From a bacterium (GTDB taxonomy: Bacteria; Zhuqueibacterota; Zhuqueibacteria; Residuimicrobiales; Krinioviventaceae): a stretch of 64,000 bases of DNA. Below, piece by piece: positions 30,751 to 41,165 of this stretch (the stretch's first letter is position 1; the number at the start of each line of letters is the position of its first letter). A model generated the notes under the pieces. That model was not told the origin of the DNA. It did no database searches and saw nothing but the letters and a program-made list of their open reading frames with translations. Where the stretch lies: positions 1,312,001-1,376,000 of the forward strand of contig CAXXMD010000002.1 of assembly GCA_963675755.2 (NCBI GenBank), written 5' to 3'. Made by a program: the position numbers and the translations under genes.

Positions 30751-31332
30751 TCAATCTTTTGTAATCAAGTAAATCGAAAAATGTTCAATATCAAATGTTA
30801 CACATTGACGGCCTCTGTCCCATTTGAATTTGGAATCATTTGCTGCTGCTGAATTGGAAACTTTGACCCATTTAGATCCGTTCCAGTTCCACAGAGAAAC
30901 GTTATCATTTTGAAGTTCTTGAAAATTCATAACCAGTTTCGCACTGGGTGTAAACTCTAAACCTGAAGGATCAAAAGTAAAAATTAAATCACCATCAGAA
31001 GTCAAATCTGCTTGAGCATAAATGCGAGTATTGCTTTTTGAGCTCATGGAGAATGGAGGTACATACAAGTAACCAATATTGCGTTTGCCAATCCATCCAC
31101 CTTTGCGGTAATTGATTTTTTTGCTTGTTTTCCAGGTTTTAACGATAGTGAAATCGTCATAAGGTAACTCGTCAACACCAGTAATTCCAGCTATTTGATC
31201 CACCCCCATCCCATCATCATCACTCTGTGTTACATCTGCCAATGGTGCATTCGGCATTTTTTCACAACCGGTTAGTTGCAAACCTACGATCACCATGATC
31301 GCTACGAACAACAACCCTCTTAAATGTTTCAT
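30751..31332 (-). CDS. Lipoprotein with a ZU5-like beta-sandwich and C-terminal HFS motif
   Basis: Lipobox LTGC; LYVPPFSM, FDPSGLEFTPSAKL, WNGSKW, FDIEHFSIY resemble ZU5-type patterns. Confidence 0.6.
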   Translation of the reverse strand: MKHLRGLLFVAIMVIVGLQLTGCEKMPNAPLADVTQSDDDGMGVDQIAGITGVDELPYDDFTIVKTWKTSKKINYRKGGWIGKRNIGYLYVPPFSMSSKSNTRIYAQADLTSDGDLIFTFDPSGLEFTPSAKLVMNFQELQNDNVSLWNWNGSKWVKVSNSAAANDSKFKWDRGRQCVTFDIEHFSIYLITKD

Positions 31333-31398
31333 CTCTCTCTCCTCTTACTATTTATTTTGATTGTGATTAGGGGTCTTTTTTAAATTTACTTTATAACA

Positions 31399-31415
31399 AG
31401 CAAATTGTAGGCCAG
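31399..31415 (-). promoter_or_regulatory. sigma54 (-24/-12) promoter
   Basis: Minus strand CTGGCCT-ACAAT-TTGCT with exact GG-N10-GC spacing, about 65 bp upstream of the lipoprotein ATG. Confidence 0.65.
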
Positions 31416-31573
31416 AAATTGTCAAAAGAACATCGAAAAACCTATAAAAATGCAAAAAATCACGCAATATCTAATTATTTATACTGATTTTTTACATAAT
31501 TTCAAAGAAAAATATTCAAATTTTCAAATATAATCAAAAAACTACCCGAAAATTACTCAAAGATCTATGTTTA

Positions 31574-31611
31574 TGTTGCTCTAGCTGGACAACTGTTGAT
31601 TTTATGGGACA
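31574..31611. promoter_or_regulatory. Tandem TGT-N12-ACA upstream activator sequences
   Basis: TGTTGCTCTAGCTGGACA (31574-31591) and TGTTGATTTTATGGGACA (31594-31611). Confidence 0.55.
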
Positions 31612-31619
31612 ATAAAACA

Positions 31620-34600
31620 TCACATTGATGCTTTGACTGTCTTTATACTTTGCAGCAAGTCCATATTTTCCGGATATTTTATTAATGATTGCTTATAAGA
31701 GTCTGGTTCGATATGAGTCAAACATAACTTTAAACATTGGTATGCTTTACGGAAACATTTATAACTCTTGATTTTATCTCCGGCTTTGAAATACATCTTA
31801 CCTCGAAGATAATAAATGCTTTTTACTTGCAGCATTAACCCCATCGATTGCGCAATTTCTTCTGCACGGTCCAGAGTTTTCTCAATCACTTCTATAGGTT
31901 TCTGCGCTTTGTACATTGCGTTTGCAAACAAGATCATTATTTGCAATTTATACCACTTGAAATTAGAATCTTCTATAACCTTTTGCAATGATGGCAATAT
32001 CTTTAAAGCATTTGCCATTTGACCTTGTTCAATATAATATTGTAAATACTGCATTTCTATCTGCATTTTCAGCATAATATTGGAGTCATTGTCAGACATC
32101 GCTTTGGCTTCAAGCAGATACTGGTTCTCAAATTCACCAATTTCAAGAAATTTTATTCTGGATTTCATTACCAGATATTCACCGAGTTTGGATTTATCAT
32201 TCAAAGATTCTGTTATTTTTAAACAGGCATCTATTGACATTTGGGCCTGCTCTACCTGATATAAAGCAACATATACACGACTTTTTTGATAGAGCATTTC
32301 AGCTTTTGTAGATTCGCTTCGGATACGTTCAGAGAATTTTATTCCTTCATCAAGAACATTCAGAGCATTCGTATAGTCCTCACGCAGGAAAAGCAATTCA
32401 CCAATATTGCAATGCGATGCAACCAATCCACGAATATCACCAATTCGGTTTTTTAAATCTTTACATTTTTTAAAATAATTCAGAGCACGTTCATATTGTC
32501 CACTTTCCATCAACAGAATGCCCAAATTATTATAATTTTCAGCAAGGCCTGCCCAGTCACCGGCTTCTTCCATCACCTCCATACTGGAGCGCCAGTATGT
32601 ACTGGCTTTTTCAGGATTACCGGAAACATTGTATACTATACCCAAATTATTCAGGGTTGCAGCCATACTCTTTTTATCGCCCATTTCTTTCTTAACTGAA
32701 GCACTTTTTGCAAAATATTTGATCGCATATTCAATATTTCCTGAATAAAAGCTAGCTCCACCCAATGTATTCAATGTCAAAGCCATAATACGAGATGGCG
32801 AGTTTTCAGGTAACAAATTCAGTGCCTTTTCACCCAACTGAATTGCTTCCTGATAATTGCCTCTCATAATTGACAACCATGCCAATTCTCTCAAAATCAA
32901 AGCACGTTCTATAATAGCGCTTTCAGGAGCCTGTTTTAATGCACGATTTAACGCTTCATCTGCCTGATCAACATTACCAATTTTCTGATAAAGATCAGAA
33001 ATTCGTCTTTCAAGGGCAGATTTTGCAACACCGGCTTTGTATACCGGCAACAATTCGCTATACAAATCAAGAGCAGTATTTGAATCTCCCAACAAATCTT
33101 TTAGATCCGCTACATTACGCTTAAAATAACGAACAAGTCTTTGTTTACCTTCAGGACACTGATCCAAAGCAAGCTGTGCAATAACCAGTGCACGTCTGTA
33201 CGAGTTGGAATTTTTTAAAATATTAATAGCCTGAGATGCAAGCGGTATCCCTTTATCAATATAGCCCGCTCTTAAAAAATGCATAGCTTTTTGATCAGGA
33301 GAATATTCCAGGTCTGTACTCTCTAATAAATAGACGGCAATTTTGTCTGTGATATCAGATTTAACAGTATCAGACAATTGTCCCATTACCGCGTCTCTAA
33401 AAGCAATAGATAAAAAGCTGTAAACCGTACCCAGCTTGTCGTGATGTTCAAGCAGAATGCGCTTGTCCATCAATATTTCTATATTATGTTGAAATTCATT
33501 TTCATCACAATTGACCAGGTGAATCAGTAATCGTTTTTCAATTGCAGAATCATAGACAGCAATGTTTTGTAATATATCTTTTTGGAGTTCTGAAAGGTTT
33601 CTAAATGTATTGAGATACAACGCATTGATACTGGAAAGGTCCAATGTTTCCAGATCATAAGTTTCACTCATCATCCAGGTTTTATCAGATCGGATAAAGA
33701 AACCCGCGTTATTCAAAGCAGTTACAATAGCAGCCACAATCTCAACATTTCCACCACTTTTACCATACAATTGCTGATAAAATCCGGAAGGAAACAATGA
33801 AGGCTTGAAGGCTGTTTGCAAAAGTTGTTCAAGTTCTGATTCTTCTAAACGCTTTACACGAAAATCATAAACAGCGGCAAGCGAATCACGCCCCTTTTGG
33901 ATATTCAATGCAGCTTCATCAGACTGTCGGTCTGTGGTAATCGTCACTACAATAGACACTTTATCATGAACCAGCGAACGGCCAAGATAATAAATCAGGT
34001 CCAGAACTGCATTGTTGGCTTGTTCAAGATTACGTAAAATAATAACGATACGTTTTCTTCTGCTGAGATCCCGAACCAGATTTGAAAATTCTTCCATAAA
34101 TCGAAAACGTCTGAGCTCGTAATCATCACGATTTTGACGAATTGCCAACAGCTCTTCTTCGGTTTCCGAAACGAGTTTTTCAATATCGGGATATCCTTTA
34201 AAAGCATCAACAAATGGTTGATACAGAGAACCCTTGTCATCACGGCACCAGCTCTCCAAAACTGAAATATTATCCAATTGCATTTTGGATTTCACATCCT
34301 GCAAAATCCGATATGCTCCCGAGCCTTCATTGCCATTTATTGTAATGAAATTAATTACGTCATCATGCTGTGATAAGCCAATTGATATTTGCAGCAACAA
34401 TTTTTGAATTTCTGCATCTCGCGACTTTAAAAAAGCATCCATAATTAATGGAGAAATAAGGTCACGTGTTTTTGCAGAATCATAATCTTCCACACCCAAA
34501 GCAGTTAACAATTCTTCACAACTTCCAAATCGTTCCAATGGATCTTTAGACAAGAGTCTGAAAATAACGGATTCAAGTTTATCGGAAAGATCTACACCCT

Positions 34601-35339
34601 GTGCAGAAAATCTTTTGGGCAGCGAGCGTAAATGCCCTGTTTTAATATCATCCGGACTTCCATGGAAAGGGGCTTTTCCGGTCAAGGCCCAGTACATTAA
34701 AATACCTGCGGCATAAAGATCTGTAGAAAAGGTTACCGGCGCTTTTTGGAAAAGTTCAGGTGCCATATATTCCAGAGTACCACTTAGGGTCTGCTTGAGT
34801 TTTATATTTTCATCTTTTCGTACGGCAAGACCAAAGTCCATCACTTTGATATTGGGATTCCCCTTTTCATCATGATAAACCATGATGTTTTCGCTTTTTA
34901 TATCACCGTGCAATATTCCCGAAGCATGTATATACCCCAGAGCCTGTACAAGCTGTATAAATAAATTTACCAGAATTTCACTGGAAAAGGAATGAACGGC
35001 ATCAAAAAAATCTTTGCCATTCACATATTCCATAGTATAGAAATACTCGTCTCGATCAGAAAATTTGCCAAAATCAATTACCCGAACCAGGTTTGGATGC
35101 CTGAGTGCGGATAAAATAGCAAATTCCCGACGCAAAGATTCTATAATTTCTGGATCTGAATGTTTTGCGTGAAAGACTTTGAGAACAATGTTCTCATTGT
35201 CACGTGCTGTATCCTCAACAAGAAAAACAATTCCCATCCCCCCACGGCCCAGTTCCTTTACCACCCGATAACGGCCGTTTATCACATCATCCACAGTTTT
35301 CGACTTTAGTTCAGGAGATTGAAAAACTGTATTTTCCAT
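31620..35339 (-). CDS. Hanks-type Ser/Thr kinase - degenerate STAND/AAA domain - TPR array
   Basis: LGRGGMG, VLK, HGDIKSEN, DFG, GTLEYMAPE; degenerate P-loop GNEGSGAY; many LNNLG-type TPRs; no TM helix apparent. Confidence 0.85.
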   Translation of the reverse strand: MENTVFQSPELKSKTVDDVINGRYRVVKELGRGGMGIVFLVEDTARDNENIVLKVFHAKHSDPEIIESLRREFAILSALRHPNLVRVIDFGKFSDRDEYFYTMEYVNGKDFFDAVHSFSSEILVNLFIQLVQALGYIHASGILHGDIKSENIMVYHDEKGNPNIKVMDFGLAVRKDENIKLKQTLSGTLEYMAPELFQKAPVTFSTDLYAAGILMYWALTGKAPFHGSPDDIKTGHLRSLPKRFSAQGVDLSDKLESVIFRLLSKDPLERFGSCEELLTALGVEDYDSAKTRDLISPLIMDAFLKSRDAEIQKLLLQISIGLSQHDDVINFITINGNEGSGAYRILQDVKSKMQLDNISVLESWCRDDKGSLYQPFVDAFKGYPDIEKLVSETEEELLAIRQNRDDYELRRFRFMEEFSNLVRDLSRRKRIVIILRNLEQANNAVLDLIYYLGRSLVHDKVSIVVTITTDRQSDEAALNIQKGRDSLAAVYDFRVKRLEESELEQLLQTAFKPSLFPSGFYQQLYGKSGGNVEIVAAIVTALNNAGFFIRSDKTWMMSETYDLETLDLSSINALYLNTFRNLSELQKDILQNIAVYDSAIEKRLLIHLVNCDENEFQHNIEILMDKRILLEHHDKLGTVYSFLSIAFRDAVMGQLSDTVKSDITDKIAVYLLESTDLEYSPDQKAMHFLRAGYIDKGIPLASQAINILKNSNSYRRALVIAQLALDQCPEGKQRLVRYFKRNVADLKDLLGDSNTALDLYSELLPVYKAGVAKSALERRISDLYQKIGNVDQADEALNRALKQAPESAIIERALILRELAWLSIMRGNYQEAIQLGEKALNLLPENSPSRIMALTLNTLGGASFYSGNIEYAIKYFAKSASVKKEMGDKKSMAATLNNLGIVYNVSGNPEKASTYWRSSMEVMEEAGDWAGLAENYNNLGILLMESGQYERALNYFKKCKDLKNRIGDIRGLVASHCNIGELLFLREDYTNALNVLDEGIKFSERIRSESTKAEMLYQKSRVYVALYQVEQAQMSIDACLKITESLNDKSKLGEYLVMKSRIKFLEIGEFENQYLLEAKAMSDNDSNIMLKMQIEMQYLQYYIEQGQMANALKILPSLQKVIEDSNFKWYKLQIMILFANAMYKAQKPIEVIEKTLDRAEEIAQSMGLMLQVKSIYYLRGKMYFKAGDKIKSYKCFRKAYQCLKLCLTHIEPDSYKQSLIKYPENMDLLQSIKTVKASM

Positions 35340-35355
35340 TTAAACCATTTTTTTG

Positions 35356-36927
35356 TTATTCCCAATACCATTGTGCTATGTTGAAAAAAGTGGATACAGG
35401 AGAAAATTGCATTCCCTGCAAACGCTTATCCATTCCAACGATCCGTTCAGGAATCCACAAAAATGTTGCAGGTTGTTCCTGAACAATGATTTCCTGAAAT
35501 TCATACCACAAAGGTTTGGATTTTTCTGGCTCCAATATGTCAGGGGCCTGTTCTATAATTTCATCGATTCGCTTATTCTGATAACATGACAAATTGAAAC
35601 CGGGAGCTTCGATCATTGAAGAATGCCATACCGGATAAACATCAACTTTGGTTGCTGACATCATACCCAATAACAAGGCATCAAAATCGCGGGACATTAA
35701 ATCTTCAACATAAGCCGACCATTCAAGACGCTGCGGAACAACTTTGATTCCTACCTGTTTTAGCATTTCCTGAATCATCACCAGCGCATCTTCTCTTACC
35801 TGGCTGCCAATGTTGGTCATGAGTTGAAATTCAAAATCTTTTCCCTTTTTATCCAGCCAGCCATCATTATTACTATCAGTCCAGCCTTCTTCTTTTAACA
35901 AACTTTTTGCACCCTGGGGATCAAAAGGAATCGATTTTAGTTCGGGATCATAAGCCCACAACATGGGATGTATGGGGCTGTCATAAACTTTACCATATCC
36001 TTTTAACAAATGCTGTACAAGAGCTGCACGGTCAATTGACATTGTTAACGCTCTTCTGACACGGGCATTTGCAAATAAGGGTCTGCTTGTATTCCATGAT
36101 ATTTGATTAAACTGAGCATATGGAAAATGCTCGGAACGCAGTTGTGGTGAATTACTAAAATCAGCGTTATCCGGTGGTACACCTTCCATAAAATGGATTT
36201 CACCGGTTTTGAGCTGCGTCAAGAGTTGTGTTTTATCAGGTACTATTTTAAATACAATCCGTGGAAGTTTGGGTAAACCAGCAACTGCGAATTTTTCGTT
36301 TTTCAACAGTTCAATAAATTGATTTGGTACCCAGGATTGTATAACATAAGGACCCGAGAACACACCATCCAGTGTAAAATCAAAAGCTTTTATCTGCTCT
36401 GCAGATTTATCACCCAGGATGTGCTTGGGAACGATAACACCTTCACAGGCATCCATAAGTTGATAGGGATATAGAGTATCAAAATAAAAATCAATGGTTG
36501 AATCATTTAATACACTAACTTGAGAAATATGTTCTTTAACATTTGCGCCAGCCCATCCAATATCAGGGTTCGTCTGCAATTGAAAAGTAAATTCAACATC
36601 TGCCGCGGTCAAAGGCTCACCATCAGACCAAAGCACATCAGATCTAAGATGAAAGCGAATTCGGCTGTCATTATCCATCATCTCCCAGGACTTGGCAAGC
36701 GCCGGCTCAAAACTAACAAAATCCGGTTGCTCAATTAACAGAGACTGAAACAACATTTTTGATAATTCAGAACCAAACCGTGAGGTTGTGACTAGAGGAT
36801 TAAAGGAATCTGTATCACCCGGAACACCAATAATCAAAACATCCCTGGTGGCATTTTTTTCACATGAGAATAGAAAAATACCCAACAATACAGACAAAAG
36901 CAGAATTGAATATATTTTAATTTTCAC
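35356..36927 (-). CDS. Peptide ABC transporter substrate-binding lipoprotein (family 5)
   Basis: Lipobox LFSC; PALAKSWE, LRSDVLWSDGEPLTAADV, GPY, RVRRAL; GTG start after an AAGGGA RBS. Confidence 0.9.
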   Translation of the reverse strand: MKIKIYSILLLSVLLGIFLFSCEKNATRDVLIIGVPGDTDSFNPLVTTSRFGSELSKMLFQSLLIEQPDFVSFEPALAKSWEMMDNDSRIRFHLRSDVLWSDGEPLTAADVEFTFQLQTNPDIGWAGANVKEHISQVSVLNDSTIDFYFDTLYPYQLMDACEGVIVPKHILGDKSAEQIKAFDFTLDGVFSGPYVIQSWVPNQFIELLKNEKFAVAGLPKLPRIVFKIVPDKTQLLTQLKTGEIHFMEGVPPDNADFSNSPQLRSEHFPYAQFNQISWNTSRPLFANARVRRALTMSIDRAALVQHLLKGYGKVYDSPIHPMLWAYDPELKSIPFDPQGAKSLLKEEGWTDSNNDGWLDKKGKDFEFQLMTNIGSQVREDALVMIQEMLKQVGIKVVPQRLEWSAYVEDLMSRDFDALLLGMMSATKVDVYPVWHSSMIEAPGFNLSCYQNKRIDEIIEQAPDILEPEKSKPLWYEFQEIIVQEQPATFLWIPERIVGMDKRLQGMQFSPVSTFFNIAQWYWE

Positions 36928-36937
36928 AAACTGTCCC

Positions 36938-38359
36938 TTAATAAATGATGTCGTCAGAAACATTCAGTTTTTCTACTTGTAATCCTTTTTTATCTTTTTG
37001 ATAAACAGGCAAAGAAATAGTAAATGTTGAACCTATTCCCAGTTCACTATCAACAACAATGGAGCCACCATGTTTTTTGGCAATAGCCTGACAGATACTG
37101 AGACCAAATCCATGACCTTCTGCCTTGTCAGTAAACAAAGGCGTAAAGATCTGACTCAATTTTGATTTTTCAATACCAGGGCCCGTATCTTGAATACAAA
37201 TGTCAACACAATTGTCTTTTTCAAAATAACGTGTTTTAAATGTAATATGAGTATCCGGTCGGACTTCGATAGCATTCTTTGTAATATTGTAAAAGATCTG
37301 TTGGATCTGTCCCTTGTCGACATCAATCTCTGGTACTTCCGGATCAAAATCCTGTTCAAAACTGGCACCCGATTTTTTATAAACCGGACGGATAAATTCC
37401 ATAAAATCATGAACAAGCTGATTCAGATTACAAGGTTCAATTTTGGTTTCCAGATGTGAATTGTTCATCAATCCCTGTGAGAATCGGGTCATATTATCAA
37501 GTTTTTTGGCAACAAATTCCAGGTGTCCTAAAACCTTTTTGGTATCTCCCTCATTCACCAGATAGTGTATAGCCAGCTCAAGGTTACCATAAATGATTGA
37601 CAACAAGTTGTTCAACTCGTGACCAATACGTGCAGCCATCTTTCCACGAGCAGCCATTTTTTCCGCGTAAATCATACGGTCCTGTGCATTCTCCAACTGC
37701 TCATAAGACACTTTGACTTTTTGGTATAACTGAGCATTGCGAATACCTTCTGCAGCCTGATCTGCAAACAGTTGAAACAACTGCTTCTTGATCTTGGATT
37801 TACCAATAAGTGGTTGAGAGCTGTCAGCGTAAATGACACCAATCAATTCACCATTAATAAACATAGGACAGCAGACAATACTGCGCAGTTTTAATTGACG
37901 CACACTCTGAGTGGGAGAGTAATTTTGATCTGAAAAAACATCTTCAATATAAACAATCTCTTTTTTGCGGATGGTTTCGTGCAGGTAGCTGTTACTGATT
38001 TTAAACTCGGTGTCATTCAAAATCTTTTTATCAGCATCACGACCAATCTTGAATTCCATCTCTCCCTTTTGGTTTTTCAACACCAGAAATCCACGCTCAG
38101 CATGGATAACCGAAATAGCGGCATCCATTACATGTAGCAGAACTCTTTTTATATCCAGAGAACTGTTCATCAACCGGAATGTTTCCAGCAATTTGGAAAT
38201 AAAATTCCAATCGCCTATAGAACTGTCTTCCTCCTGCGCTTCAATCTCTTCATCCAGATCTTCAATTTCCTGATCAAACTGACTTATCAGATCCATAAAA
38301 TCATTTTCAGCACCAGCTTCTTCTTTTGGAAACAGTTCCCTGTCTTTATCCGTGAACAT
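36938..38359 (-). CDS. Cytoplasmic GAF sensor histidine kinase
   Basis: GAF (AERGFL...LRSIVCCP...GVIYADS); H-box GHELNN; N-box KNA; G1 DTGPGI; G2 GHGFGL. Confidence 0.9.
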   Translation of the reverse strand: MFTDKDRELFPKEEAGAENDFMDLISQFDQEIEDLDEEIEAQEEDSSIGDWNFISKLLETFRLMNSSLDIKRVLLHVMDAAISVIHAERGFLVLKNQKGEMEFKIGRDADKKILNDTEFKISNSYLHETIRKKEIVYIEDVFSDQNYSPTQSVRQLKLRSIVCCPMFINGELIGVIYADSSQPLIGKSKIKKQLFQLFADQAAEGIRNAQLYQKVKVSYEQLENAQDRMIYAEKMAARGKMAARIGHELNNLLSIIYGNLELAIHYLVNEGDTKKVLGHLEFVAKKLDNMTRFSQGLMNNSHLETKIEPCNLNQLVHDFMEFIRPVYKKSGASFEQDFDPEVPEIDVDKGQIQQIFYNITKNAIEVRPDTHITFKTRYFEKDNCVDICIQDTGPGIEKSKLSQIFTPLFTDKAEGHGFGLSICQAIAKKHGGSIVVDSELGIGSTFTISLPVYQKDKKGLQVEKLNVSDDIIY

Positions 38360-38438
38360 TATAAAGCCTCCTAATGCGCTTTACAGCAAAATCATAAAAT
38401 AACAATTGGTTAACCTTACGGTTATCCACTAATTTGAG

Positions 38439-38455
38439 TACAAATATTGTGCCGC
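38439..38455 (-). promoter_or_regulatory. Candidate sigma54 promoter (-12 variant)
   Basis: Minus strand GCGGCAC-AATAT-TTGTA; TGT-N12-ACA site at 38583-38600. Confidence 0.45.
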
Positions 38456-38608
38456 AAAGACAGCACAAAACAAAACCTATTCTTTTAACAAGACCTTTAC
38501 AAATGTTGAATATTTAATAGTATTTCAACATTAATTTAACAGCCCAACTTGTTGTTTTTACGTACTCTGCTATGGTCAAAGCTGTTAATTCTCTAAAACA
38601 AAGAAAAT

Positions 38609-39415
38609 CTAGTATTTAAAAAATCTTTCCTGTAAATATTCTCCAAACAAATTAATCAACAAAACTGATACAACAATGGCCACTCCGGGAAACACACTGA
38701 TCCACCAGCCGTCAATTAATACCTGCCTGCCTTCATTGATGATATTTCCCCAACTCGGGGTGGGTGGTTGAACACCCAAACCAACAAAACTCAATGCAGA
38801 TTCAACAAGGATCACATTACCAAATAACAGGGTTGCAGATACAGCAACCGGACCCATTAAATTTGGCAGTAAATGCTTAAATAACAATCTCATTTTAGAG
38901 ATGCCAATAACAGTTTCCGCAAGAATAAAATCTTTATGCTTTAAAGCAAGCGTTTGATTGCGAACCAAGCGCGCAATATCCATCCAGCTAAAAAGCGCAA
39001 TAATCAATACAATCCACAATACCGAACTTTTACCCAATACAGCGGCTACAGACAAGATCAACAAAAATTGTGGAATCGCCATAAACACATTTATAACATT
39101 ATTCAAAACCAGATCAAATCGATCAAAAAAACCACTCAACAATCCATAGGGAATTCCAATTAAAAGTGACAGACTCACAGATAATAATGCAACCCATATC
39201 GAAATCCTTCCGCCATACAGCACTCTTGCCAAGACATCACGACCAAATTTATCAGTGCCCATCAAGTGCCCTGTATTTGGAGCATGGTATGAATTTCCCA
39301 GATCATGAGTTACAGGATCGTAATCGATCAACAACGGTCCTGCAATCAAGCTGATAAGCAATATCAGCAGCAAGACAAATGATACCGGAATATTTTTTCC
39401 TTTAAGTTGCATCAA
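38609..39415 (-). CDS. Oligopeptide ABC permease (OppC/DppC-like)
   Basis: HLMGTDKFGRD, HLLPN, ESALSFVGLG.QPPTPSWG. Confidence 0.9.
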   Translation of the reverse strand: MMQLKGKNIPVSFVLLLILLISLIAGPLLIDYDPVTHDLGNSYHAPNTGHLMGTDKFGRDVLARVLYGGRISIWVALLSVSLSLLIGIPYGLLSGFFDRFDLVLNNVINVFMAIPQFLLILSVAAVLGKSSVLWIVLIIALFSWMDIARLVRNQTLALKHKDFILAETVIGISKMRLLFKHLLPNLMGPVAVSATLLFGNVILVESALSFVGLGVQPPTPSWGNIINEGRQVLIDGWWISVFPGVAIVVSVLLINLFGEYLQERFFKY

Positions 39416-40383
39416 ATACGTCCTGTTTGAATTCTGGGATCAACCATTGCACTGATTAAATCTGCAATCAAAGTTCCCAGCACAACAAATAATGACATTA
39501 AAAATGTACATGCAATGATCACCGGATAATCTCTCGCAAAGGCTGAATTGATCATCAAGCGGCCCATACCCGGCCATGAAAAGACCAGCTCTATAATCAC
39601 GGAACTGGAAATTAATGCCGGTATATGCTGCCCGGTAATCGTGATTACAGGTACCAGTGTATTCTTGAGCGCATGACGCATTACAATTTCTTTATGACCA
39701 AAGCCCTGTGCACGGGCAGCCATGATAAATGTTTGATCCATAATTCCAGCAAGCCCGTTACGAATATACCTGCTGGTTATTCCCAAAGAAGCCAAAACCA
39801 TAGTTGAAACAGGTAAAAAGGCATGAGCTATTCGATCTCCCATTTGCGACCAGAATGGTAAATCATTAGCAGTAAACGAAATCATTTGCGATGACGGCAG
39901 CCAACCAAGTTTTTGCGAAAATAGCATAATCAACAAAATACCAATCCAAAATGATGGGACGGCATACAACACAAGCGTTGAGATACTGGTGAGCCGATCG
40001 ATCCAGCTGTTTACATTCAAAATTTGCATTACACCCAAAGCAATACCAAAGAGCAATTGAAAAAATAGTGCCGGCAAAGTCAGAGCCAGCGTATTGGGTA
40101 CAGTTTCTTTTAATATTGAAACAACTGTACGATGATTAGCGTACGAAACACCAAAATCACCATGAAAAATGCTTGAAATCCATGCACCAAATTGAACCAG
40201 CAACGGCTTGTCTAATCCCCAGGCGTTTTCCAGCCTGCTCATAGCATCTACTGAACGCGTAGGATCAAAAGCAATTGCAGCAGGATTGCCGGGACTGAGA
40301 CGTACCAGAAAAAAAGTCACAATCATCAATCCTGCGACAAGCAAAAGTCCGGATACAATTCGCTTTAATGCATATTCTATCAT
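39412..40383 (-). CDS. Oligopeptide ABC permease (OppB/DppB-like)
   Basis: SPGNPA, GDFGVS, HALKN, ELVFSWPGMG, RDYP. Confidence 0.9.
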   Translation of the reverse strand: MIEYALKRIVSGLLLVAGLMIVTFFLVRLSPGNPAAIAFDPTRSVDAMSRLENAWGLDKPLLVQFGAWISSIFHGDFGVSYANHRTVVSILKETVPNTLALTLPALFFQLLFGIALGVMQILNVNSWIDRLTSISTLVLYAVPSFWIGILLIMLFSQKLGWLPSSQMISFTANDLPFWSQMGDRIAHAFLPVSTMVLASLGITSRYIRNGLAGIMDQTFIMAARAQGFGHKEIVMRHALKNTLVPVITITGQHIPALISSSVIIELVFSWPGMGRLMINSAFARDYPVIIACTFLMSLFVVLGTLIADLISAMVDPRIQTGRI

Positions 40384-41156
40384 AAATTCCTGTTTAATAA
40401 TGTATTTTTAACCAGCTCTTTTGTAAACGGCTTGGTTGGATTTCTAAATACCTGGTTAACCGTACCGGATTCTATCATTTCACCATGGTGCATAATACCA
40501 ATCTTGTCAGCCAGGGCAGGCAGCAAGTATAAATTGTGGGTCATAAACAAAACACAAAGATTATGTTGGGTTTGCATTTGCCTGATGAGATTGATGATCT
40601 CCCATTCGGTTGATACATCAAGGCCTGATGTAGGCTCATCGCAAATTAAAAACTCTGGTTTACGCATCAATGCACGTACAATACAAACACGTTGTGCTTC
40701 TCCCCCGCTCAATTGCCGGGGAAAACGATCGAGTACTGCAGGATCCAGTTTTACTTTTTTCAACCAGTTTAAAATATGCTTTTCATAATCAATGGAATCT
40801 ATTTCAGGCATTAAAGACAAAGGTTCTCTTAAAAGTTCACGGATTGTCATTTTAGGGCTAAGAGAGGCTTTGGGATCCTGGAAAATTGCCTGACATTGGC
40901 CGCGATACCAACCCTTTCTATTCTGAATCACATCATCCAACGACTGATTTTGATAATAGACACTACCCGAATCAGGAGAAATTAAACCTAATAATAACTT
41001 GCCGATAGTAGATTTACCGGACCCGGAAGAACCTATCAAACCAAAAATTTCACCGGACTGAATATCAAAACTGACATCCTGAAGTGCGGTAAAAGATCGC
41101 TCAGGGCCTGCATGATTATTTTTGAATTTTTTACTGATTTTTTCCAGTCGTACCAT
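40380..41156 (-). CDS. Oligopeptide ABC ATPase (OppF-like)
   Basis: GSSGSGKST, FQDP, LSGGEAQR, CDEPTS. Confidence 0.9.
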   Translation of the reverse strand: MVRLEKISKKFKNNHAGPERSFTALQDVSFDIQSGEIFGLIGSSGSGKSTIGKLLLGLISPDSGSVYYQNQSLDDVIQNRKGWYRGQCQAIFQDPKASLSPKMTIRELLREPLSLMPEIDSIDYEKHILNWLKKVKLDPAVLDRFPRQLSGGEAQRVCIVRALMRKPEFLICDEPTSGLDVSTEWEIINLIRQMQTQHNLCVLFMTHNLYLLPALADKIGIMHHGEMIESGTVNQVFRNPTKPFTKELVKNTLLNRNL

Positions 41157-41165
41157 ATCTGCTTC

